DNA of 64,000 nucleotides from Pedobacter sp. UBA5917 (GTDB taxonomy: Bacteria > Bacteroidota > Bacteroidia > Sphingobacteriales > Sphingobacteriaceae). Position 1 is the stretch's first letter. Every line of letters begins with the position of its first letter. The notes below the pieces were generated by a model. That model did no database searches. It saw only the letters and a list, made by a program, of their open reading frames with translations, and was not told where the DNA came from. The stretch lies in contig NZ_DJDT01000299.1 of NCBI RefSeq assembly GCF_002432345.1, positions 2,454 through 66,453 of the forward strand, read 5' to 3'. Of this stretch, positions 45,373 through 53,443 are shown one piece after another. The position numbers and the translations under genes are program-made.

Positions 45373-47802
45373 ATGAATAAAATTAAGGCCTTACTCTGCA
45401 TCATCATCCCGATAGCATTAGCTTTTTTATTTAATACCAAACTAGGGAGTACGCCTCCGCTGTTAAAATTCCTAAATCCTTTTATGGGTTTCTGGCAAAA
45501 TGCAGAGAACAATCATTTTATGTTTAACCATAAAGCGAAGATTAAAGGTGCGATAGATAAAATTGAAATTGTGTTCGACGACCGTATGATCCCTCATATT
45601 TTTGCACAGAACGATCATGATCTTTATCTGGCGCAGGGTTATGTAACGGCTATGCACCGTTTGTGGCAGATGGATTTCCAGACCCGTTTCGCTGCCGGAA
45701 GGATTAGTGAAGTAGTGGGCAGCAAAGCCATTGAGGTAGACCGTTACCAGCGCAGGATGGGCATGGTTTATGGCGCCGAAAACTCATTAAAAGGTATGAT
45801 GGCCGACCCTAAGGCCAAGGAAATGATTTTGGCCTATACCGAAGGGATTAATGCCTACATTAAAACATTATCACATGCCAATTATCCCTTAGAATATAAA
45901 ATACTCGATTTTAAACCGGAAAACTGGACACCTATAAAATGTGCGCTGTTGCTTAAACAGATGTCGGCGGTTTTAGCCATGGGATCAGACGAGTTTTACA
46001 TGACCAATATCCTTAAAAAATTCGGTCCGGATATTACCAAAGATCTCTTCCCTGATTATCCTTTCCGTGAAGATCCGATTATCCCTGTTGGCACTAAGTG
46101 GAATTTCTCACCGCTGCCTATACCTAAAACTCCTGAAAGCTTTACGCAGGCCCAAACCGGCGAAGTAAAAACAAAAGAAAAAGTAGAGGGCATCGGCAGT
46201 AATAACTGGGCATTATCAGGTGCTAAAACAGCTTCCGGCTACCCGATTTTGGCAAACGATCCGCATCTTGATTTAACACTTCCTTCTATCTGGTACCAGA
46301 TCCAGTTGCATGCGCCTGGAGTTAATACCTATGGTGTTTCGTTACCTGGTGCACCCGGTGTAATTATCGGTTTTAACCAGAAAATTGCCTGGGGTGTAAC
46401 CAACGTGGCAGCTGATATTTTAGACTTTTATCAGATCAAGTTTAAAGATTCGACACACAACCAATATTGGTACAACAACCAATGGAAAGCGACTTCAAAG
46501 CGCTTAGAAACCATTAAAATCCGCGGTGGAAAAGATGAGATAGATACGGTTTATTATACCCATCACGGACCGGTTGTTTATTTCCAGAAGCCCAAATATG
46601 GCCGCGCAGATAATGTACCTGTTGGCGACGCTTTAAGGTGGATTGCCCATGAGCAATCGAACGAGTTAATGACATTTTATTACCTCAACCGTGGAAAAAA
46701 TTATAACGATTACCGCAAGGCTTTAACTTTTTATACTGCACCGGCACAGAATTTCGTTTTTGCCAGCGTTGATAATGATATTGCCATCACACCGAACGGT
46801 AAATTCCCGTTAAAATGGAAAGATCAGGGTAAATTTATCCTTGATGGTACCGATCCGGCATACGATTGGCAGGGCTGGATCCCAAATGCACAGAATCCAA
46901 CGGTAAAAAATCCGCCACGCGGTTTTGTGAGCTCCGCCAACCAATCATCAACCGATACCACTTATCCTTATTACATTAACTGGGAATTTGCTCCTTACGA
47001 ACGTGGCAAAAGGATTAACGACAGGTTAACAGCCATGAACAAAGCCACTTTGGATAGCATCCGCTTAATGCAGACAGATAATTACAGCATTTTAGCACAG
47101 AACCTTGTCCCTGCTTTATTACCATTGTTAAATAACGAACAGTTAAATGCTACGCAAAAGGAAGCATTATCTTATGTAAGCAAGTGGAACAAACGTTATG
47201 ATGCGAATGAAATTGCAGCCAGTGTTTTCGAAATATGGGCAAAACGTTTGTCATACGATATCTGGGCCGATGAGTTTGAGGTAAAAGGAATCCCGATGCG
47301 TTACCCATCCCGCGACCGCACAGTTGAAATGATCCTGAAAGAGCCCAATGCCACATGGTACGACAACATCCATACGGCTAAAAAAGAAACATTAGCTGAT
47401 CTGGTAAACGAATCGTTTAAATATAGCTGCGATAGTTTGGAAAGGCGTTTTGGTCCGATCAACAAAGACTGGGACTGGGCAAATGTAAAACAGAGCAACG
47501 TACCCCATCTGGCCAAAATACCTGGATTTGGATCGAAGATTTTACAGATCGGTGGTGCAAAATCGACCATTAATGCCCTTGGCGAAAGCAACGGACCATC
47601 GTGGAGAATGGTAATCGAATTGGGCAAAACACCAAAAGGACATGGCGTTTATCCCGGCGGACAATCGGGCAATCCTGGAAGCAAATTCTACGATAACATG
47701 CTCGATACCTGGGCAAATGGCAAATTATACGACCTGTTCTACATGCAAACACCTGATGATAAATCGGGTACAATTATTTCTCGTTTAAAAATTTCTAAAT
47801 AA
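45373..47802 (+). CDS. penicillin-acylase-family Ntn hydrolase (possible acyl-homoserine-lactone or other N-acyl amidase)
   Basis: 809 aa. The autoprocessing/nucleophile site GIGSNNWALSG is typical of the penicillin amidase family. Confidence 0.8.
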   Translation: MNKIKALLCIIIPIALAFLFNTKLGSTPPLLKFLNPFMGFWQNAENNHFMFNHKAKIKGAIDKIEIVFDDRMIPHIFAQNDHDLYLAQGYVTAMHRLWQMDFQTRFAAGRISEVVGSKAIEVDRYQRRMGMVYGAENSLKGMMADPKAKEMILAYTEGINAYIKTLSHANYPLEYKILDFKPENWTPIKCALLLKQMSAVLAMGSDEFYMTNILKKFGPDITKDLFPDYPFREDPIIPVGTKWNFSPLPIPKTPESFTQAQTGEVKTKEKVEGIGSNNWALSGAKTASGYPILANDPHLDLTLPSIWYQIQLHAPGVNTYGVSLPGAPGVIIGFNQKIAWGVTNVAADILDFYQIKFKDSTHNQYWYNNQWKATSKRLETIKIRGGKDEIDTVYYTHHGPVVYFQKPKYGRADNVPVGDALRWIAHEQSNELMTFYYLNRGKNYNDYRKALTFYTAPAQNFVFASVDNDIAITPNGKFPLKWKDQGKFILDGTDPAYDWQGWIPNAQNPTVKNPPRGFVSSANQSSTDTTYPYYINWEFAPYERGKRINDRLTAMNKATLDSIRLMQTDNYSILAQNLVPALLPLLNNEQLNATQKEALSYVSKWNKRYDANEIAASVFEIWAKRLSYDIWADEFEVKGIPMRYPSRDRTVEMILKEPNATWYDNIHTAKKETLADLVNESFKYSCDSLERRFGPINKDWDWANVKQSNVPHLAKIPGFGSKILQIGGAKSTINALGESNGPSWRMVIELGKTPKGHGVYPGGQSGNPGSKFYDNMLDTWANGKLYDLFYMQTPDDKSGTIISRLKISK

Positions 47803-47808
47803 GCTAAA

Positions 47809-48168
47809 ATGGTTTTCATCGTTATCGCAATAATCTGTTTTTTTCTGCAAATGATTGCCCCTTGGTGGGTTATCATCGTCATTTCTTTTGCTACCTGTGG
47901 CATTATTGGCAAAACGGGTAAAATTGCCTTCTGGCAATCGTTCCTTGCCATTTTCTTATTATGGATCGGTTACGCCCTGTTTAAAAGTTTACCTAACGAT
48001 AACCTGCTTGCTGGCCGCGTAGCCGTAATGACGGGCATAAAACTATGGTGGGCATTAGTATTGGTTACCGGCTTTTTAAGCGGTTTGGTTGCGGGCATCA
48101 GCGGTTATTGTGGTTACCAGTTCCGTATGGCGATGTTAGCGAAAAAAACTGACGAGAAAATAGCATAA
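47809..48168 (+). CDS. small membrane protein (about 4 TM)
   Basis: Hydrophobic 119 aa ORF starting 6 nt after the acylase stop. Confidence 0.55.
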   Translation: MVFIVIAIICFFLQMIAPWWVIIVISFATCGIIGKTGKIAFWQSFLAIFLLWIGYALFKSLPNDNLLAGRVAVMTGIKLWWALVLVTGFLSGLVAGISGYCGYQFRMAMLAKKTDEKIA

Positions 48169-48172
48169 TGCT

Positions 48173-49171
48173 TTGTACTTTTGCAGCGTGAATTTAACAG
48201 CTGAAGATATATTTTCGATAAAAAGTGCCAATGAGTTTAACTCAATTGCTTTAAATATTTTTAAGTTACAGGCCCAAAACTGCAACGTATACCGCGAATA
48301 TATTTTTCATTTGGGCATTGATGCCGATGAAATAACAGAAGTAGCACAGATTCCATTTTTACCGATCAGCTTTTTTAAAAGCCATTCGGTTTTAAGCAGT
48401 ACCGGCCCTATTGAGGTTACTTTTAGCAGTTCGGGCACAACGGGTATGGTACAGAGTAGCCATCATGTAACCGAGGTAAAACTTTACGAACAAAGTTACC
48501 TGCAGGCTTTCACCGAGTTTTATGGACCTGTTAACGATTATTGCTTTTTAGCCTTGTTACCCTCTTACCAACAGCGCTCAGGCTCATCATTGATTTACAT
48601 GGTGAATGATCTGATCGAAAAAAGTAAACATCTACAAAGTGGTTATTTTCTATACAACCACGATGAGTTATTGCAAACCCTGCTCGATTTAAAATCTAAA
48701 AAACAGAAAACAGTTTTAATCGGGGTTACTTATGCCCTGCTCGATTTTATCGAAAATTTTGATATCGATTTCCCTGAACTGATTGTGATGGAAACCGGCG
48801 GTATGAAAGGAAAACGTAAGGAAATGGTCCGCGAAGAACTCCATGAGCAGTTAACCAAAGGTTTTGGCGTAAAAACCATTCATAGCGAATATGGGATGAC
48901 AGAATTGCTATCTCAGGCTTATTCCTTAGGCGAAGGCATTTTCAATTGCCCTAACTGGATGAAAGTAGTGATCCGCGATACCAACGACCCATTAAGTTTA
49001 ATGCCAAATGGCAGAACAGGCGGTATCAATGTAATCGATCTGGCCAATATTAATTCCTGCTCTTTTATTGCTACGCAGGATCTGGGCAGGATCAATCCCG
49101 ATCAAAGCTTTGAGGTGCTGGGCAGGTTTGATAATGCCGATATCAGGGGCTGTAACCTATTGGTACAGTAA
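48173..49171 (+). CDS. LuxE-like acyl-protein synthetase / acyltransferase family protein
   Basis: Adenylate-forming-like motifs FSSSGTTG and METGGMKG. The start is uncertain (TTG 48173 or GTG 48188), with no early ATG. Confidence 0.65.
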   Translation: MYFCSVNLTAEDIFSIKSANEFNSIALNIFKLQAQNCNVYREYIFHLGIDADEITEVAQIPFLPISFFKSHSVLSSTGPIEVTFSSSGTTGMVQSSHHVTEVKLYEQSYLQAFTEFYGPVNDYCFLALLPSYQQRSGSSLIYMVNDLIEKSKHLQSGYFLYNHDELLQTLLDLKSKKQKTVLIGVTYALLDFIENFDIDFPELIVMETGGMKGKRKEMVREELHEQLTKGFGVKTIHSEYGMTELLSQAYSLGEGIFNCPNWMKVVIRDTNDPLSLMPNGRTGGINVIDLANINSCSFIATQDLGRINPDQSFEVLGRFDNADIRGCNLLVQ

Positions 49172-49609
49172 TTAGTTTACCTTATCCGAACAGTTTGCGC
49201 AAAGGCCGGTAGCAATCAGGTTTAAATGTTCTACTTTAAAACCTGTAGGCACTTTTAATGCCGGAATTTTAACGCTATCCAAACAGTAAATTTTGTGGCA
49301 GTTATCGCAGTTAAAATGCACATGTTCATCATGATGCTCGTGCGCACTGCATCCATCAGAGCAGATGGCGTAATTAGCCGTTCCCTGTTGATCTAAAACC
49401 TTATGGATAATTCCTTTTTCTTCAAAAGCCTGCAATACACGGTATAAAGTAACGCGATCGGCATCTTTGCCCATTACCTGCTCTAAATAAGGCTGCGAAG
49501 TTGCAGAATCACGCCCACTCAAAATTTCCAGCACCTGCAAACGCGGTGCGGTCCTTTTTAATCCGTTCTTAACCAAAAGTTTTTCGAAACGCTCTGTTTT
49601 ATTTTCCAT
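49172..49609 (-). CDS. Fur-family metalloregulator (Zur-like by context)
   Basis: wHTH (RLQVLEIL...), His-rich HEHHDEHVHF, and CxxC pairs CDNC and CANC. Confidence 0.8.
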   Translation of the reverse strand: MENKTERFEKLLVKNGLKRTAPRLQVLEILSGRDSATSQPYLEQVMGKDADRVTLYRVLQAFEEKGIIHKVLDQQGTANYAICSDGCSAHEHHDEHVHFNCDNCHKIYCLDSVKIPALKVPTGFKVEHLNLIATGLCANCSDKVN

Positions 49610-49629
49610 AGCAATACAAAAATAAGCAA

Positions 49630-50079
49630 TTAATTAATGAGTTTGGCATTTTTGATGGTGATTGGTGGTGCATAGCTCGCATCTTTCTGCTCCAGCTTCA
49701 AAATCCCCTTTACATGTATCGGTTTTTCGCTGTAAGCTGTAGCGCTTTCCATTTCGATCATGATCATTACCGGAACGCCGTTCTGTCCGCAAAAGTAACA
49801 TTGATTGATCGGCAGTGTGGCCAATAAGAATTTCTGTTGTTTCTGCCCGCTTTTTATCGGGATCAGATAACCTGTAAGATCAAATTCACGGTTATCAAAA
49901 CGTTTAATCGATTCAGAAAACATTGGGAAGAGTTCATTTTTTTCGGTCAGTTCAAATTTTACAGAACCGATTACGTCCCAGTTTAGCGAACGCAACTGAT
50001 CGTTCGGATTATGCTTTTGCGTTTGCGCCAAAGCAACATTTCCAAATAACAACAGCAAAATAAAATATAGTTTTTTCAT
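49630..50079 (-). CDS. DUF3299-family periplasmic protein, copy 3 (divergent)
   Basis: Signal peptide. L(T/P)GY(L/I)IP...F(L/M)...P...C(Y/P)(F/Y)CG motif (CYFCG). Confidence 0.7.
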   Translation of the reverse strand: MKKLYFILLLLFGNVALAQTQKHNPNDQLRSLNWDVIGSVKFELTEKNELFPMFSESIKRFDNREFDLTGYLIPIKSGQKQQKFLLATLPINQCYFCGQNGVPVMIMIEMESATAYSEKPIHVKGILKLEQKDASYAPPITIKNAKLIN

Positions 50080-50513
50080 TTTTTCACGGCATCTAATAGA
50101 AAAAAGGTAGACCGGCTATCGCCCGAATCATTGATTACGAACTTTCCCTTTAAGGTAATAGGTTCTTCTGTCCAGGTAACCGATTTTAATGTTTTGACTT
50201 CAATCATTGATGGAATATCGCCTGTACCACAATACGGGCAGGAAGCAACAGGCACGATCGAAAACATAAACTCGGTAAAACTATTGCCCACCTTGGTTGG
50301 GATAATAAAACCGGGCAGTTCGATCACTTTATTATTGATCGCCTTTAATGCCGGTGGAAAAATGGCCTGCCATACCAGTGGTTTAACCTGTTTATCGTAT
50401 TTCAGGCCGATCAGGTTCCAGGTGGGCGTACGCATATCGGTGTGTACATTTTCCTGCGCAACAACAGAAAAAGAAATCAACATCAATAAAACCGTTATAT
50501 ATTTTTTCGTCAT
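50076..50513 (-). CDS. DUF3299-family periplasmic protein, copy 2
   Basis: Signal peptide and CPYCGTGDIPSMI motif. 4 nt ATGA overlaps with both neighbours. Confidence 0.7.
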   Translation of the reverse strand: MTKKYITVLLMLISFSVVAQENVHTDMRTPTWNLIGLKYDKQVKPLVWQAIFPPALKAINNKVIELPGFIIPTKVGNSFTEFMFSIVPVASCPYCGTGDIPSMIEVKTLKSVTWTEEPITLKGKFVINDSGDSRSTFFLLDAVKK

Positions 50514-50947
50514 AACTGTTTTGCATTTAAAAGAAAAAACTCACTCCTGTCATCGCCCGAATCATTGATAATGAAGATCCCTTTCAGTTTAATCGGTTTT
50601 TCGGTAATCGGGATTGCGGTTAACATTTTTACCTGGATCATCGATGGGATATCGCCTGCGCCGCAATAAGGGCAGGAGGCAATCGGCACGATAGAGAACA
50701 TGAATTCGTTAAATTTCGAACCTACTTTTGTGGGGATAATATAACCTGGCAGTTCGATAACCTTATTGTTTAAAGCTTTCAACTTTGGGGGAAAAATGCT
50801 TCCCCATTTACCGGGTGCAAGTTCTGCATCGTACCTTAGGCCAATTATATTCCAGGTTGGCGTGCGCATGTCGGTATGTACCCGAACCTGCGCTGCCAAT
50901 ACCTGAACACCTAAACATAAAACAACCCAAAAAACTAATTTCTTCAT
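50510..50947 (-). CDS. DUF3299-family periplasmic protein, copy 1
   Basis: Signal peptide and CPYCGAGDIPSMI motif. Close paralog of copy 2. Confidence 0.7.
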   Translation of the reverse strand: MKKLVFWVVLCLGVQVLAAQVRVHTDMRTPTWNIIGLRYDAELAPGKWGSIFPPKLKALNNKVIELPGYIIPTKVGSKFNEFMFSIVPIASCPYCGAGDIPSMIQVKMLTAIPITEKPIKLKGIFIINDSGDDRSEFFLLNAKQL

Positions 50948-50951
50948 TATA

Positions 50952-52166
50952 TTAACGGTCTTTCGTTAAAGTTGCAGCAATATCAACCTTATAAATCTGC
51001 ATGGCCGGAATAAGCGAAGCCAAAGAGCCGATAAACAGGCCGATCCAGATTAAATAAATTTCCTGCGGAACAGCGGTAAGGCCCGTTAATTTTGCTTGCG
51101 ACGATTCCTGATAAGCACCAATTACCTCTAACGCCGCATGGCCGATCAATAAACCAAAGCAAGCCCCTACCACCGTAACCAAAATACCTTCGAACATGAC
51201 CAGAAAAAAGAGTTTCGATCTGGATGCCCCAAGGCAACGCATAATGGCCAGGTCGTACTTACGCTCTTTCATTGCATTATAAAGACTGATGAAGATACTT
51301 AACGCCGCAATAGCCATAATAAATACCGCAAACCACTGTAAAGTATCAATACCAACCCCGATCAACGAAAACAACCGGGCACTTTCCATCGCGGGCGAGG
51401 CGGCCTGCATATTGGTACTCTGATTTACCATTCTTGGAAAAAGGATGACCGACATGGGCGATTTATACTGGATCAACAGCGCAGTAATCTGTTTATCGTT
51501 AATCTCTTTGGCTTCTGCGGCCGAAGAGTGATGCTGCACTTGCTCGTGTTTTTCTTCATGCATTTTGTACACACTGCCAATATTGGTCAGGATCAGGTTA
51601 TCGGTAATGTTTCCCTCTGGCTTTAAAATTCCTTTCACCACATAAGCATGCTGTTTATGGATGTCGCCATTGCCGGTTAAACCATGCGCTCCGAAAAAAG
51701 AATCGCCGATTTTAAGTTTCGATGATGAAGCTACCGTACTGCCGATGGTTACTTCTAAATCCTTTTGCCAAAAATTGCCCTTCAAGATAGATAAACCATA
51801 GAGGTGACTGAAAGAAGTATCAGTTCCTACAATGCGGTAACCGTTATAATTATCGCCCAGTGCCAATGGAACAGCGCGTTTAACCATAGGATTGTGGGCT
51901 AATTTATAGGCATCAGTAGCCGGAATATTTCCTGTTGGGTAATCGATATGATAAATACTGCTTAATATTAACTGTAACGGACTCCCTTTTGCCCCTACAA
52001 CGAGATCGATGTCTTTTGCATTTTTTTCGAGTTTATTGCCGATCTGATTGGAGGCAAGAAAAAGAATGGATAAGATACCCACACCAAAGGCGACCAGAAT
52101 AATATTCAGTATGGTGGTCAGTTTATTCCTTACGAGGTTTTTGCTGCTGATTTTAAAAATATTCAT
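50952..52166 (-). CDS. ABC transporter permease, FtsX/MacB-like
   Basis: TM1, a large extracytoplasmic domain, then 3 C-terminal TMs. Its start overlaps the ATPase stop by 1 nt. Confidence 0.8.
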   Translation of the reverse strand: MNIFKISSKNLVRNKLTTILNIILVAFGVGILSILFLASNQIGNKLEKNAKDIDLVVGAKGSPLQLILSSIYHIDYPTGNIPATDAYKLAHNPMVKRAVPLALGDNYNGYRIVGTDTSFSHLYGLSILKGNFWQKDLEVTIGSTVASSSKLKIGDSFFGAHGLTGNGDIHKQHAYVVKGILKPEGNITDNLILTNIGSVYKMHEEKHEQVQHHSSAAEAKEINDKQITALLIQYKSPMSVILFPRMVNQSTNMQAASPAMESARLFSLIGVGIDTLQWFAVFIMAIAALSIFISLYNAMKERKYDLAIMRCLGASRSKLFFLVMFEGILVTVVGACFGLLIGHAALEVIGAYQESSQAKLTGLTAVPQEIYLIWIGLFIGSLASLIPAMQIYKVDIAATLTKDR

Positions 52167-52792
52167 TAGAGTAGATAGGTTTTAGCAATATGTTCGCGAA
52201 CCCTTTGATCGTGCGTAGCAATAATCAGCGCAGCCCCATTATCTTTCGCCTGGGTAGTGAGCATCTCTATCACCTGTGCCGCATTTTCATCATCGAGGCT
52301 CGAGGTAGGCTCATCGGCAATCAACAGATCGGGTTTATTTACCAGCGCCCTAGCCACCGATACCCTTTGCAACTGCCCCTGGCTTAATTCATCAGGATAT
52401 CTTTTGGCCAATGCCTCAATACCAAGGTCTTTTAATAGCAAAAGGTTGCGTTCATGATCAATGGGCATAGCTGCCATTACCGCAGCAAGCTCGAGGTTAT
52501 CGAGTACATTAAGGGAACGGATTAAATGCGGCCTTTGAAAAATAATGCCGATATGCCTTCCTCTAAAACGGTCCATTCCCCGGGCAGATAAACTGTATAA
52601 ATCAGTATCATTGATCAGGATTTCACCCTGGGTAGGCTTTAAAAGGCCCGAAATAATATGCAACAGGGTACTTTTCCCGCAACCCGAGGCACCGAGTAAA
52701 AGCCATTGGTCCATATCCTCAATCCGCCAATCCGGGAATTTTATCTTTCTCCCTTTCTCATAAACATGGGATAACGACCTGATATTAATCAT
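52166..52792 (-). CDS. ABC transporter ATP-binding protein
   Basis: Walker A GASGCGKST, signature LSQGQLQRV, Walker B LLIADEPTS. Confidence 0.9.
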   Translation of the reverse strand: MINIRSLSHVYEKGRKIKFPDWRIEDMDQWLLLGASGCGKSTLLHIISGLLKPTQGEILINDTDLYSLSARGMDRFRGRHIGIIFQRPHLIRSLNVLDNLELAAVMAAMPIDHERNLLLLKDLGIEALAKRYPDELSQGQLQRVSVARALVNKPDLLIADEPTSSLDDENAAQVIEMLTTQAKDNGAALIIATHDQRVREHIAKTYLL

Positions 52793-52961
52793 GATGCAAT
52801 ACTTTTTGTACTTTTTTAACGGTGATGTTTTTAATGGCGTAGCGGCGGTAAAGTTCTATACCATCATTTGTACCATGCTTACATGCCGGATTAAGCATGG
52901 TGATGAACAGCAGGGCAGGGATAAAAAGGATTTTATAATTCTTATGCATATAAGATATTTT

Positions 52962-53357
52962 TTAGTGCTGGTGGTTTATAGGACAACTTTTAAGCATCCG
53001 AAGGTTGATAAAATGGGCAAGGGTAATGGTAAAGCCACCTAAAGGAACCAGAATAGGCTCCAGGAATCCGATCCCCGAAAAGTGTCCGAATGCAATGCAG
53101 GCGAATCCGGCAATAAGTATCAAAATAGGTGTTATGCGGTGGTGCTGTTTGCGGTAAGCTGAACTTAAACTCCATATCCCAAGGAATAACGAAATCACAA
53201 TCATCGTAATTTCAACAGCATTATTGGCCAGAAATCCCATTCCCCACATTGGCAGTACGGTAATTAAAAAAGGTAAAGCTGCGCAGTGTATGGCACAAAG
53301 TGTTGAGGCAGTGATGCCGATCCGGTCGAGGTTGATTTTGTAGCTTCGTAATTTCAT
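52962..53357 (-). CDS. MerC-domain membrane protein
   Basis: Start moved to MKLRSYK (53357). TM1 carries LCAIHCAALPF. Four hydrophobic segments. Confidence 0.65.
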   Translation of the reverse strand: MKLRSYKINLDRIGITASTLCAIHCAALPFLITVLPMWGMGFLANNAVEITMIVISLFLGIWSLSSAYRKQHHRITPILILIAGFACIAFGHFSGIGFLEPILVPLGGFTITLAHFINLRMLKSCPINHQH

Positions 53358-53385
53358 TAAAATGTATTTATTGCACAAATATAAA

Positions 53386-53403
53386 AGCAATGTTGTTGCA
53401 ATT
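53386..53403 (+). promoter_or_regulatory. candidate Zur-type operator, copy a
   Basis: AGCAATGTTGTTGCAATT. Lies in the divergent MerC / COG0523 promoter region. Confidence 0.45.
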
Positions 53404-53420
53404 AAAATATTCAACGCTAT

Positions 53421-53438
53421 ATTTGCAACATAATTGCA
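53421..53438 (-). promoter_or_regulatory. candidate Zur-type operator, copy b (inverted)
   Basis: The reverse complement TGCAATTATGTTGCAAAT matches copy a at 14 of 18 positions. It overlaps the plus-strand -7 box TATATTTG (53418-53425). Confidence 0.45.
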
Positions 53439-53443
53439 TTAAC

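Noticed and set aside
52871-52900. Hairpin ACCATGCTTA-N10-TAAGCATGGT between the MerC-like gene and the ABC operon, considered as a terminator or operator.
   Set aside because: There is no adjacent T-run on either strand and no similarity to the 18 bp operator motif. Its function is undetermined.
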